This document shows, one piece after another, positions 7,334 through 17,241 of a DNA stretch of 56,904 bases. Every line of letters begins with the position of its first letter. Position 1 is the stretch's first letter. The stretch comes from a virus. Lineage: Duplodnaviria > Caudoviricetes. The position numbers and the translations under genes were made by a program. The notes below the pieces were generated by a model. It searched no databases and had not been told where the DNA came from. It saw only the letters and a list, made by a program, of their open reading frames with translations. The stretch lies in the IMG/VR virus record IMGVR_UViG_3300024355_000518, positions 1 to 56,904 of that record. One strand, written 5' to 3'.

Positions 7334-7711
7334 ATGGCCAATAAAAAAATAAGCGATTTAGACGATTTACCTGTAGTTACCAGTGACGATTTAGCAGTAG
7401 TGGTAGATATCTCTACCCTCTCCACCAGAAAAGCCAGCATGGCTAATCTCAAGTCATACTTTCAAGATGATTTGCCACGGCCTCAAACGGAGATGATAAC
7501 AATAACTGCCAGTCATTTATCTACCAAATCTTTTTCCTTGACACATACTCCCAATGTAGGTTATAATGTGACTATCATGCCTCAAGGCGGATGTCTCCAA
7601 TTCATCAATCACGATTTCATTGTTACCGCTAATCAAGTAAATTGGGATGGCTATCAACTGGATGGCTTATTGGAAGAGAATGATATTCTTTTAGTAAGCT
7701 ATTATTATTAA
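7334..7711 (+). CDS. Short fibre/decoration-like protein
   Basis: MANKKISDL N-terminus is typical of fibre proteins. C-terminal domain resembles that of 7733..9244. Confidence 0.6.
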   Translation: MANKKISDLDDLPVVTSDDLAVVVDISTLSTRKASMANLKSYFQDDLPRPQTEMITITASHLSTKSFSLTHTPNVGYNVTIMPQGGCLQFINHDFIVTANQVNWDGYQLDGLLEENDILLVSYYY

Positions 7712-7732
7712 CTAGTTAAGTAAGGATGTTCT

Positions 7733-9244
7733 ATGTCACAGATTAAAAAGAAGTTTATCAAGAACGATGCCATTGACGGAACCAAGGTATTGTTCTTAAA
7801 CAACGAATCGTTCCGAATCAAGAACAGCTCCGGCTCTGACGTCAACCTCTTCAAACTTGACGGCAGCGACATGTTCCAAATGTTGGTGATGCCGAAAGTT
7901 AGCTCCGACCCCAGCAATAGCAACGACCTCTCCCGCAAGAGTTATGTTGATGCCGGTGACTCCGCTGTTGAGTCAGCAGCTAACGCTTACACCGACCAAA
8001 AGATTGCTGACCTCGTTGATGGTGCCCCTGCCCTCCTCAACACATTGAATGAACTTGCCGCTGCTATCAATGACGATGCCAACTTCGCTTCTACTGTCCT
8101 CGGCCAAATCTCTTCTGAAGAGACCGCTCGGATGGCGGCAGACGCCCTTATCCAATCCGAACTCGACGCTACTCAAGTCGGTGCCGGCCTCGGTTCTGAT
8201 GGAAGCTACACTTCACACTCCTCCTCCAACTACATTAAATCATCTGACTTCTCTTCCGCTAGCGTTACCGCCTCCCTCCACAATGCTGACAAACTTTTGG
8301 ATGCCGCCCTCAAAGCTGAAGTTGATGCCCGTATCGCCGATGTCGACGCTGAACAATCTGCTCGTGAAGCGGCTATCTCCGCTGAGCAATCCGCTAGAGA
8401 ATCAGCTGACGACGCTCTCGATGCTAGACTTGATACCATTGAAGGCATCGGTGAAGGCTCCATTGCTAAAGCACTGCAAGATGCCAAAGACTACGCTGAT
8501 GTTATCGATACAGACCTCCAAGGACAAATCGATACAGAGAAAAGCCGAATCGACGCCATCCTCCTCGCATCGGATGCCGACAAAGATTCCTTCGCTGAAA
8601 TCGTCTCCCTCATCAACAGCGTTGATACCACAAACGATACAGCTTTCGCTAGCTACGTTTTGAGCAATGACGCTGCCCTCGCTCAAGAAGTGTCGGACCG
8701 CCAAAGTGGCGACTCCGGACTCCAGTCCGAATTAGATGCTACCCAAAGTGGAGCAGGACTTAACTCTGATGGTAGCTACGCTGGCCACGCTACCTCCAAC
8801 TACCTGAAGACGACTGACTTCACCGCTGCTTCCCTTACCCAGTCCCTTAATAGCGCAAACAAACTCCTTGACTCGGCTATCAAAGCAGAAGTCGACGCTA
8901 GGATTGCAGCGGTATCGGCTGAGCAGTCTGCTCGCGAAACGGCTGATGAAGAACTTTCTGACCGCATTTACGCTCTTGAGACGTTTGTCCCCGCTGCCCC
9001 CACCAAAGAGAAATTCACCCTGACCAGCACTGACATCTCCAACGGCTACATCAACCTCGGTGAAGTTGTTACTCCAAACAGCGAAATGATTTTCGTAGGT
9101 TCCCTTTACATGCACCCCACTGACAGTTACACCCTGTCCACCGTTGACGGCGTTACCCGAGTTACTTGGGCTAATGAAGTCGCGGCTGGCGGAGCTACTG
9201 AGCTGGTTGAAGGTGACGTTGTTTACGTCCGTTATTACGCTTAA
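7733..9244 (+). CDS. Long coiled-coil fibre protein with an internal ~75-aa duplication
   Basis: LVDGAPALLNTLNELAAAINDDANFA fibre motif, E..AR heptad-like repeats and a duplicated QSELDATQ.GAGL.SDGSY...AEQSARE block. Confidence 0.75.
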   Translation: MSQIKKKFIKNDAIDGTKVLFLNNESFRIKNSSGSDVNLFKLDGSDMFQMLVMPKVSSDPSNSNDLSRKSYVDAGDSAVESAANAYTDQKIADLVDGAPALLNTLNELAAAINDDANFASTVLGQISSEETARMAADALIQSELDATQVGAGLGSDGSYTSHSSSNYIKSSDFSSASVTASLHNADKLLDAALKAEVDARIADVDAEQSAREAAISAEQSARESADDALDARLDTIEGIGEGSIAKALQDAKDYADVIDTDLQGQIDTEKSRIDAILLASDADKDSFAEIVSLINSVDTTNDTAFASYVLSNDAALAQEVSDRQSGDSGLQSELDATQSGAGLNSDGSYAGHATSNYLKTTDFTAASLTQSLNSANKLLDSAIKAEVDARIAAVSAEQSARETADEELSDRIYALETFVPAAPTKEKFTLTSTDISNGYINLGEVVTPNSEMIFVGSLYMHPTDSYTLSTVDGVTRVTWANEVAAGGATELVEGDVVYVRYYA

Positions 9245-9263
9245 TAATAGTTAACCCGTTATG

Positions 9264-9299
9264 AGACTAGCTCCTCCTCCGAGCTAGTCTTTTTCTTTT
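9264..9299 (+). terminator. Rho-independent terminator
   Basis: AGACTAGCTC-loop-GAGCTAGTCT followed by TTTTCTTTT. Confidence 0.85.
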
Positions 9300-9301
9300 A
9301 C

Positions 9302-9330
9302 TTGACTTTTGCCAATTATTTGGCTACACT
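9302..9330 (+). promoter_or_regulatory. sigma-70-type promoter for the TerL/portal operon
   Basis: TTGACT-N17-TACACT immediately after the terminator. Confidence 0.75.
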
Positions 9331-9360
9331 AGTAAGGAGGATAGTAGCAAGGGAGATATT

Positions 9361-9735
9361 ATGAACGCTTGGATACCTAACACAGTAACATTACCGGGAA
9401 TAGCCGCGATTGGGGCGTCTCAAACGGATTCCCCTATCAGTAAAAAATTTCCTATCACGGCTGGCGGTAGTAAAAATCTAGTCATCTGTATCACGGTGGG
9501 AGCTGCCTCTGGTACGGTAACTGCCAAACTTCGTAGTAGCCTCGGTAGCGGGACTCCGGTCGATAGTAAAACCGTTTCCATTACCGGTGCCGGTGATTTT
9601 TTCATTAAGCTAAATAGCGACTTACTTGCCGACCAAACCTACTTACCCCTCCTTTCCCTCGGCGATGTAGTGATAACTACAGGAGGTGCATCATCGGTAA
9701 CAGTAACTTCAGTACAAACTCTAATGGAAGAATAG
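9361..9735 (+). CDS. Small beta-sandwich structural protein (putative)
   Basis: 124 aa, G/T/S-rich, GGGAG RBS. Confidence 0.6.
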   Translation: MNAWIPNTVTLPGIAAIGASQTDSPISKKFPITAGGSKNLVICITVGAASGTVTAKLRSSLGSGTPVDSKTVSITGAGDFFIKLNSDLLADQTYLPLLSLGDVVITTGGASSVTVTSVQTLMEE

Positions 9736-9769
9736 TCGAGTATATCCTCCTACAACTTGTAAAGACGGT

Positions 9770-11227
9770 ATGACGAAAAAACCGGACAAATTACTCCTCG
9801 CCGCGATGGAGAAGCTAGAAAAGCTCCGTCGACAGGAGTGTTTTGACCCGGCCAATCCAGATAGTAAACCGACCCCTGCCCAGCAAGAAGTTATCGACGA
9901 TATAAATAGTCACAAGATTCAAATAATAAGGGCTGGTAACCAGTCTGGGAAATCAGCGGTAGCTGCTAGAATCACCTCTTGGTTCCTTACTGAAACTCAT
10001 CCCAAGTGGAAGAGACCAGAACAGTGGGGACAGGAGCCCCTGCTTGCCTTGGTATGTGGTAGGACTGGAAAGCAAATCGAGGAATCTCTCTTACCTAAAA
10101 TACGGTCCTACCTCGAGCCGGGTACCTACAAAGAAGTGCGAATCGGTAACATTATACAACGCTTGGAACTGGATAATGGTAACCGTATAGTTTTCCAGTC
10201 GTTAGAGAATCCCAACATGGCCCGCGAACGGATTCAATCCTACGTAGCCCATTTGGTATGGCTAGACGAGTTACCGCCTACCGTCGACATCTTGAACGAA
10301 CTTCTCATCCGGATACAGGCACGAGATGGACACTTTATTGCGTCCTTTACTCCCTTAGTCCGCAATGTCCAAGTACAAAAATTTGTAGACGGGTTAGGCG
10401 ACTCGGTAGCGAAAACGTACCGCTTCAAGATGTTAGATAATCCCCTATACAAAGACCCCCAACGACAAGGGGAAATCTTAGCTTCCCTTGCCCATTTACC
10501 AGAGCACGTTAGAAACTCCCGTCTCTTCGGCGAGTGGATGAGCGATGATAACGCCGTATTCTACTTCGATTACAATAACATGGTTCAGTTACCCATCAAT
10601 TACTCACCTCTATGGCGACATGTGGAATCGGTGGACCCTGCAGTAAAGTCTGCCCTCGGATACACCCTTTGGGCAGAGGACCCTTTAACGGGTACCTGGT
10701 ATTGCATCCGGGCTGAATACATTAAAGGAGTCTACGTACCGACTGAATTAGTTAATGCGGTGACCAAACTCAGCCAAAATGTCAACATCGTTCGGAGGAT
10801 ATCGGACCCCCACGAGGCATGGTATATCCATACCGCTGCCAGTATGGGAATCAGCTATACCGGCGTTTACAAAAAGAATGATAGGAAAGGGGAACTGATA
10901 AAAAACTTCCAAGAAGAGTTGGGGAAGTCCCTCAAAATATCCCCCACTGCCGACCTCCTTATTGACGAAATAACATCCGCTAGGTGGAGTGATAGTCGAG
11001 AAGGGAAGATAGCATCAGGCAGCGATTACCATCTCTTGGATGCCAGCCAATATTTTCAAGATGTGAAACCAAAAAGGGAAGCCGCACCTCAAACTAATAC
11101 CAACTGGCAGTCGTGGCTCTATAACGAAAACGAAAAAAGAAAAATGAGTATAGAAAAAGCTAAGATAGAACTTCACCGAAAAGCGGTTCAACGAAGGGGA
11201 GGTACTCGTGCACGACGATTCCAATAA
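9770..11227 (+). CDS. terL: Terminase large subunit
   Basis: Q motif (PAQQE), Walker A AGNQSGKS, Walker B VWLDE, SFTP, and nuclease domain VDPA...DYHLLDA. Confidence 0.92.
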   Translation: MTKKPDKLLLAAMEKLEKLRRQECFDPANPDSKPTPAQQEVIDDINSHKIQIIRAGNQSGKSAVAARITSWFLTETHPKWKRPEQWGQEPLLALVCGRTGKQIEESLLPKIRSYLEPGTYKEVRIGNIIQRLELDNGNRIVFQSLENPNMARERIQSYVAHLVWLDELPPTVDILNELLIRIQARDGHFIASFTPLVRNVQVQKFVDGLGDSVAKTYRFKMLDNPLYKDPQRQGEILASLAHLPEHVRNSRLFGEWMSDDNAVFYFDYNNMVQLPINYSPLWRHVESVDPAVKSALGYTLWAEDPLTGTWYCIRAEYIKGVYVPTELVNAVTKLSQNVNIVRRISDPHEAWYIHTAASMGISYTGVYKKNDRKGELIKNFQEELGKSLKISPTADLLIDEITSARWSDSREGKIASGSDYHLLDASQYFQDVKPKREAAPQTNTNWQSWLYNENEKRKMSIEKAKIELHRKAVQRRGGTRARRFQ

Positions 11228-11477
11228 AGGTAAGATTTCCTTACTATTACAAGTTGGGATACCTACAAGTCAACCCAAAGAAAAGAAACCTAATGTTGAA
11301 GACCACGTTCGAGCTTGTATCCAACGTATTGACGACGGTACCGGCGATGAGGTAGACTTTTTAGTGTTGAGGCGGTTGAAGTGTGACTTGATGAAAATGA
11401 AAAAAAAGAGTGAGCGGGTACAAAACTTGCTCAAGATGATTGAACCGACCCTTCGCCGATTTGGCTACTACTACTAA
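11208..11477 (+). CDS. Hypothetical protein
   Basis: 89-aa ORF between TerL and portal, GGAGG RBS. Confidence 0.6.
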   Translation: MHDDSNKGKISLLLQVGIPTSQPKEKKPNVEDHVRACIQRIDDGTGDEVDFLVLRRLKCDLMKMKKKSERVQNLLKMIEPTLRRFGYYY

Positions 11478-11489
11478 GGATGTATTATT

Positions 11490-13526
11490 ATGGCAGTAAA
11501 AGTCTCATCTTGGAACGATGACCTCGCTTCAATCAACATAATGAAACGATTTAGAGATTCTCAAGCTCAGAGGCAGCCATTTGAACAGCGTTGGCTGAAA
11601 AATGAGCAAGCAATATACGCCACCAGTACCTTGGCTAGCATGAACTTTATGACAACCTCTTTAGAGGCTAGTTATAATACTGCGATGCCTGGTATCGACC
11701 AATCTGGTGCTGATGTTAATGTAGCGTATACTTTTAAAAATCTACGCTTCCTTCACGCCCAAATGTCGGCCAACCCTCCATCGGTAGTCATGCGTCCTAC
11801 TTCCTCTGACCAAGATGACCATAGGCGGGCCGATGCCGCTGACCGCGTTGTTAGGTGGGCCATCCGTCACTACGATATGCAAGAGAAAGTGGACCAACTT
11901 TCCCTTCACGCCCTGTTATACGGAACGGGAATCTTGAAAACGGTATGGGATTCTACTAAAGGTGATATCGTCGATTGGGACGAGAAAGAGGGAACGGTAA
12001 AGCTAGAAGGGGATATCGACATCTCAGTTCCCTTTACGTGGAATGTGTTTATCGACCCCGATGCCAGGACGTGGAAAGAAGTAAAATGGATTATTGAACG
12101 GATATATATTGATTATGATGAAGCGATAGCCAAGTGGCCCGACAAAGAGGAGATATTGAAAGCTAGTAAAGTAACTCGTGATAGCAGTATCCAACATGCC
12201 GCAACTAGACAAAGCAACCTGTCTCACGACAGATTTAACTCGGTAGAACTTCTACAATATTGGGAAACGGGGTTACCAACAAATGGCTATCTTGGTAGGT
12301 TTTGTGTCATTAGTTCTGGTGGCGGCGTGGTGGAAAGTTGCCGTCCTTCTCCTTTTAAATTTCGCCATCCGGGAGCGGCTCGCAAGGTTCAAGAAAGTGG
12401 ATACCCCGATGAAGTCGTCGAAGAAAAATTAAAGAAGACACCTGAGCAGGCTATCCTGCCCTATCATATATTGACCGATATCGATGTTCCCAACGTGGTA
12501 TGGGGACGTTCCCCAGTAGAATATGCGGCTACTTTGCAAGATAGCTTGGCCAGATTAGATACCGCTGTAATGGACAATATCCAAGCCCATGGAGCGGCTA
12601 GGATGATTCTACCCGATACTGCTGAAGCGCAAGTCAATATCAGTAACTCCCCGTGGGACGTTATGAAAATTAGCGGTAACCAACCCCCATACTTTATGGA
12701 AGTGCCCCAACTAATGCCAGAAATGGTATCTACTAGGATGAACCTGATTCAAGGTATCAATGACGTCATGGGTGTCAATGATGCCATGTTCGGGGTGCAG
12801 AAGAGGGAGACTTCAGGCACTAGCATGAACTATGCCACCAATCAAGGTAACATGATTCGAAGGCGTATCTTCAACAAGTACGTCCTTGTAGTAGAGAGTA
12901 TTTACAAGGCTATCCTCAAATTAATATGCAAGCATTGGCCTGTCAATCGTACCATATACGTGTTAGGTAAAGAGAATGCATTAGAAGCGGTTGACCTAAA
13001 AGGTAGTGATATTGATGGTGGCTATGATATAGTAGGGGAGTACGGGGTATCTCTCTCCCTCGACCCGATGTCAAGGAGGGAAGAAATCTTAACGTTACAG
13101 CCCCTTTTTGAGAAGGCTGGCGTCCCCACGCGAACTTCGTTAAAGCTGCTCAAGTTGAATGAATTGGAAGGAATGTACGACAGATTGGCCCTCGCCGAGA
13201 ACAGACAAAAAGAAGTATTCGATGAGATGATTGCCACCGGTCGCTATATTCCACCCGAAGACTTGATGGACCACGAGAATATGATATCATGGGCGTTGGA
13301 ATACTTCATGACGCAAGAGTTTCAATCACTGGAGCAGCAACTCAAAGAGTTGTGCAAACAACACATTAGAGACAGGGTACAAGTAGCGGCGCAAGAAAAG
13401 GCAGCCTTAACCGGTCCCCCGCCAGGAGCTACCCCGGGTCCCGCTCCGGCCCCCGGACCGGAAGCATTACCACCTGAAGGAGAATTAGGGCAACCACCAA
13501 TGGTACCCCCAATGATAAACCAGTAG
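11490..13526 (+). CDS. Portal protein (P22-like/podovirus type)
   Basis: 678 aa after TerL. LLYGTGILKTVWD, VFIDPDAR, WGRSPVE and a Pro-rich C-terminal tail. Confidence 0.85.
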   Translation: MAVKVSSWNDDLASINIMKRFRDSQAQRQPFEQRWLKNEQAIYATSTLASMNFMTTSLEASYNTAMPGIDQSGADVNVAYTFKNLRFLHAQMSANPPSVVMRPTSSDQDDHRRADAADRVVRWAIRHYDMQEKVDQLSLHALLYGTGILKTVWDSTKGDIVDWDEKEGTVKLEGDIDISVPFTWNVFIDPDARTWKEVKWIIERIYIDYDEAIAKWPDKEEILKASKVTRDSSIQHAATRQSNLSHDRFNSVELLQYWETGLPTNGYLGRFCVISSGGGVVESCRPSPFKFRHPGAARKVQESGYPDEVVEEKLKKTPEQAILPYHILTDIDVPNVVWGRSPVEYAATLQDSLARLDTAVMDNIQAHGAARMILPDTAEAQVNISNSPWDVMKISGNQPPYFMEVPQLMPEMVSTRMNLIQGINDVMGVNDAMFGVQKRETSGTSMNYATNQGNMIRRRIFNKYVLVVESIYKAILKLICKHWPVNRTIYVLGKENALEAVDLKGSDIDGGYDIVGEYGVSLSLDPMSRREEILTLQPLFEKAGVPTRTSLKLLKLNELEGMYDRLALAENRQKEVFDEMIATGRYIPPEDLMDHENMISWALEYFMTQEFQSLEQQLKELCKQHIRDRVQVAAQEKAALTGPPPGATPGPAPAPGPEALPPEGELGQPPMVPPMINQ

Positions 13527-13535
13527 GAGAATCAC

Positions 13536-13922
13536 ATGATTAGCCGAGACGAAATCCTTAAGGGACGTGACCGTGACTACCCCCTGACCCCCGAGTTAGA
13601 AGAAAACCTTAACAAGCTGTTAGATGCCGTCAATAATATTAGGAAAGAGTGGGGGAAACCCTTAGTCGTAACAAGTGGCTACCGTCCTGGACATTATAAC
13701 AAAAATGCCCGAGGAGCCAAGAAGTCGGCCCACATGACGTGTGAAGCGGTTGACTTTAGAGACGAGGATGGCAGCTTTGGCAAGTGGTGTTTGACCAACT
13801 TAGACCTCTTGGTAAAGTACGGACTTTACATGGAAAGCCCTATCCATACCCACGAACCGCCCAATAAGAGGTGGATACACTTACAAATTCGCCCCACTAA
13901 AAATCGCGTCTTCATTCCCTAA
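13536..13922 (+). CDS. Peptidase M15 (Zn peptidoglycan peptidase), probable endolysin
   Basis: VTSGYR...SAH..CEAVD...WIH metal-binding motifs. Confidence 0.85.
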   Translation: MISRDEILKGRDRDYPLTPELEENLNKLLDAVNNIRKEWGKPLVVTSGYRPGHYNKNARGAKKSAHMTCEAVDFRDEDGSFGKWCLTNLDLLVKYGLYMESPIHTHEPPNKRWIHLQIRPTKNRVFIP

Positions 13923-13930
13923 CAAAACTA

Positions 13931-13959
13931 TTGACAACTTTCATACGACATTGTATCAT
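13931..13959 (+). promoter_or_regulatory. sigma-70-type promoter for scaffold and capsid
   Basis: TTGACA-N17-TATCAT. Confidence 0.8.
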
Positions 13960-14019
13960 TGAACTATCATTAACCATCTTATCCCTACCAATAGGCGGGA
14001 CAGAGGAGAGAAAGTTTTT

Positions 14020-15141
14020 ATGAGTACAATGTCAGCAATCGTCCAAGCAGCGCAGCAAATGAGGAGCGGTACCCCAACAGAAACGGGAGCAGTTACCTCC
14101 CAGTCCGAAACTGATAACGTCCGATATGGGGGCGATAACAGTGACGAGACTATTGTAACTACGGACCAGTCGGAAGTACAATCTTCTTTACCCGACTCCG
14201 GAAATGGAGACGACTCTCCCCCAGACCTTGAAGCGGGCAGCGAGGCAGCCCCCTCGAAAGCTCAAGCATCTGAAGGCAAAGACTATGTCACCGTTACCGA
14301 CGACAAAGGTAAGAGAAAGGTGGAAATCGACTTTAACAATAAGGACCAGATTAAGAAATACGTCCAAATGGCCCACGGTGCTAGGAAGTGGCAAGCGGAA
14401 CGAGACCAAGCTATCAGTCAGTACAAAGATGTCGAAACGAAGTACTCTACGCTGAAAAACACATGGGACTTGTTAGAGAAAGCTTATCAAGAGAACGGTA
14501 CCGAAGGTGTCATTGACGTCATTGAAGGACGGCCTGGAGCGTACAAAGATTGGGAAAAATCTAGGATTGACCGTTACGAACAACTGAAAAAAGCCTCACC
14601 CGCAGAGAGGGAACTCTTTGAAGCGAGGGAAATAGAGGCAAGACGGCAAAAAGAAATTGACCGTATCAAACAGGAAAATGAAAACTTTAAAAAGAGCGTC
14701 CAAGCGGAGCGGGAAGCTGCCGAGCTGCGCGCCTTGGAAAGTACAGTTCATCCTGCCTTTGACCGGTACCGTTTTGCTGACAAGTTGGGAGATGGCGATA
14801 CAGAACAGATGTTTGACCAAATGCTTTGGGACACTTCATTAAAACGTCTTGAGCAATATGAGGAACGTAAAGTTCCCATCACGGCTGATTTAGTAGAGAA
14901 GGAATTCAAGTCGGTGGCGACCGCTCTCAGAAAGAGGATTAACGTCCAAGCTGAGAAGAAAGCTGCCAAAGCGGTAGAACAGAAAAAACAGGAGGCTACC
15001 GAGAACGTTCAAGCTGCTGTCTCCTCTGGATATCGGAATACCTCACTCCAAAAAGAAGCTAGTGACATGTTAAGAAATGGTAACCTGACTGGGTTACTCA
15101 AACAATGGAACAAATACGGCTCGGTGTTTGGCAAAAAGTAA
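14020..15141 (+). CDS. Capsid scaffolding protein
   Basis: Acidic disordered N-terminus, then coiled coil; directly upstream of the capsid gene. Confidence 0.75.
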   Translation: MSTMSAIVQAAQQMRSGTPTETGAVTSQSETDNVRYGGDNSDETIVTTDQSEVQSSLPDSGNGDDSPPDLEAGSEAAPSKAQASEGKDYVTVTDDKGKRKVEIDFNNKDQIKKYVQMAHGARKWQAERDQAISQYKDVETKYSTLKNTWDLLEKAYQENGTEGVIDVIEGRPGAYKDWEKSRIDRYEQLKKASPAERELFEAREIEARRQKEIDRIKQENENFKKSVQAEREAAELRALESTVHPAFDRYRFADKLGDGDTEQMFDQMLWDTSLKRLEQYEERKVPITADLVEKEFKSVATALRKRINVQAEKKAAKAVEQKKQEATENVQAAVSSGYRNTSLQKEASDMLRNGNLTGLLKQWNKYGSVFGKK

Positions 15142-15173
15142 GCCAGCCGGCCAATAAAGAAAGGTAAAAATTT

Positions 15174-16559
15174 ATGTCATTCTCGAATATTGATACATTA
15201 AACTTAGGTAATTTACTTCAGATTGTGTTTTCCGACGGAGTCAGAAACCAGATTTCCGTTGACTTCCGCGACTTTGAAATGGTGAAGAGGGCAAAGGTTG
15301 GAAACAGTGTAGCTCGCGAACTCCGCTTCATGTTTCAAACAGCTCTCGGTGCCGGCGCTATCCAGTACCGGAATCCTGGTGTTGCTGACCGTGCTTTCCC
15401 CGCAGCGCAACAAGTCACGATTGGTGAAAAGATTGCCAAGTTCAAAGAATTGAATGCAACAATCGAACTCGAATACAACATTTGGGACAGGGCTCGTAAA
15501 TCTCCCGAGAAATATGCCGAGCCGCTCGCTTTAGAAATCGATAGTAAGGCATCCGCTTCCAAGCGTCGTATCGCTGCCGACCTCTACGGTGACGGAACGG
15601 GAGTTGTTGGTCAAGTTGTTTCGGCCGCCGTTACGAGCCCCACTTCTAACCAACTCGTCTTCACCCTCTCCTCAGCTGATACAGCTCGCGGCCATGTAGG
15701 CTTCTTCGAGTTTGGCGACTTGCTCGTCCTCAAAGCTGCTGCCGGTACTGCCTCGGCCCTCAACACTAACCTTGCTACGGAACCAGCTTACTGGAAAGTG
15801 GTGGAAAAAGACCGGGACAATAACACGGTTACCCTCCAAGGTCTTGATAGTAACCTTGCTCCCGTCGCCTCGATGACATCCATCTCCGCCCAACCCACCT
15901 CTGGTGACGTCTTCTACCGCTACGGTCAGCCCACGATTTACGACCTCTCCGCTATCACGAGCTCCGTTGATTATGGTACGATTACTGAAGTGATGGCCGG
16001 ACTGGAATCACTAGTTGCCAGCGATGGTCGACTCGTCCACGGTATCAATATGAGTGGTGCCACCTCCGGTTCCAAGATTGACGCTGGCGGGAACCCTATC
16101 GATGTCAAGCACATCCAAAAGATGATGGACAAGGTAAAGGTCCTCGTTGGTCAGGACAGATACCGTTGGAAGATGCTCTGTATGGCTCCCGAGACGCACG
16201 CTTCCCTCATCGAAAGTCGGGAAACTGACCGCCGTTTTCAAACCGTTGAAGACAATAAGCGCGGTATCAAATTCTTCGCCTACGTCCATGGCAATGATAC
16301 GCTGGAGTGCTACACTTCGGAATATGTTCCCAAACCTCGGATTTATTGCTTGCCTGAAACGAAGGCTGGCGAGAAAGTTCTCGAATTCCATGGAAGTGAT
16401 TTCGAAACGGTCAAGGCTCAAGGGATGTCAGACTTCCATCTGAAGCCGAGCAGCTCGGGCTACCTCAACACGGTAGTATCTTACCTCCAAGCTATTGGCG
16501 TCCTTATCTGTAAACACCCCGCTTCAGTAGGCGTCATCCGCAACTTCACCAACACTTAA
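15174..16559 (+). CDS. Major capsid protein
   Basis: 461 aa after the scaffold gene, strongly biased codon use, LYGDGTG and MAGLESLV motifs, followed by a hairpin. Confidence 0.8.
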   Translation: MSFSNIDTLNLGNLLQIVFSDGVRNQISVDFRDFEMVKRAKVGNSVARELRFMFQTALGAGAIQYRNPGVADRAFPAAQQVTIGEKIAKFKELNATIELEYNIWDRARKSPEKYAEPLALEIDSKASASKRRIAADLYGDGTGVVGQVVSAAVTSPTSNQLVFTLSSADTARGHVGFFEFGDLLVLKAAAGTASALNTNLATEPAYWKVVEKDRDNNTVTLQGLDSNLAPVASMTSISAQPTSGDVFYRYGQPTIYDLSAITSSVDYGTITEVMAGLESLVASDGRLVHGINMSGATSGSKIDAGGNPIDVKHIQKMMDKVKVLVGQDRYRWKMLCMAPETHASLIESRETDRRFQTVEDNKRGIKFFAYVHGNDTLECYTSEYVPKPRIYCLPETKAGEKVLEFHGSDFETVKAQGMSDFHLKPSSSGYLNTVVSYLQAIGVLICKHPASVGVIRNFTNT

Positions 16560-16567
16560 TAATTGTA

Positions 16568-16600
16568 GGGACGGGGAGTAGTGTCTCCCCGGTTCCCTTT
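16568..16600 (+). terminator. Hairpin / weak terminator after the capsid gene
   Basis: GGGACGGGGAG-TAGTGT-CTCCCCGGTTCCC followed by TTTT. Confidence 0.6.
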
Positions 16601-16618
16601 CATTGAAAGGACACTAAC

Positions 16619-17056
16619 ATGTTATCACCAAAGAGAACTTTAGCTGGCTCCCTAGCCGAGAAGAGAACAAACAAAAGGGAAGCTGCCGTACTCCAATTCG
16701 CAAAACAAATCTCTGCTTGTACATGGGATTTTGCCGTTGATGGGGGCGCAGTCGGTACCATTTCGTTTGGGCAATCTTTGCCTGCCGGTGCTATTGTTAC
16801 CAACATTTGGACGGATGAAGTTACTACCGTTACCGGTGCTACTGATATCACGTTAAAGGCAGGCTCCACCGCCCTTTCCGGTTCGATTGATTTTACCGGA
16901 GATAGCGGAGTGAAGGCCCGGTCGATGGCGGTAGCCGATGCAGTGAAACTGACATCAGCTAGCGAAATCAATATTGAGATTGCTACAGCTGCCGCTACTG
17001 CTGGTAAAGTAACGTTTTATATAGAATGGATGATAGTGCCGAACACGGTCGCCTAA
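16619..17056 (+). CDS. Capsid decoration/cement-like protein
   Basis: 145 aa, beta-rich (LPAGAIVT...TAGKVTFYIEW), directly after the capsid gene. Confidence 0.65.
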   Translation: MLSPKRTLAGSLAEKRTNKREAAVLQFAKQISACTWDFAVDGGAVGTISFGQSLPAGAIVTNIWTDEVTTVTGATDITLKAGSTALSGSIDFTGDSGVKARSMAVADAVKLTSASEINIEIATAAATAGKVTFYIEWMIVPNTVA

Positions 17057-17070
17057 TGTTTCTGTATCAT

Positions 17071-17230
17071 AACCGGAGGTCGATAGACCGAACGGGCTCG
17101 CGTCACCTGCGAGAGTCTACGCGACGATGTGATAGTGGTGAGTCTGCCGGGGGCTTCCCGGTCCTACCATCCCCCAATATTCTTTGTGGGGTTTCCGGGG
17201 GGGCCGGCTAGACCGGTCCCCTCTTTCTTT
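17071..17230 (+). ncRNA. Structured intergenic RNA element ending in an intrinsic terminator
   Basis: Hairpins GGTC-GATA-GACC, CTCGCG-TCACC-TGCGAG, CCGGG-GGCTT-CCCGG and CCCCA..TGGGG, enclosed by CCGGA/TCCGG, then GGGGCCGG-CTAGA-CCGGTCCCC-TCTTTCTTT. Confidence 0.5.
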
Positions 17231-17241
17231 ACGGAGAAAAA

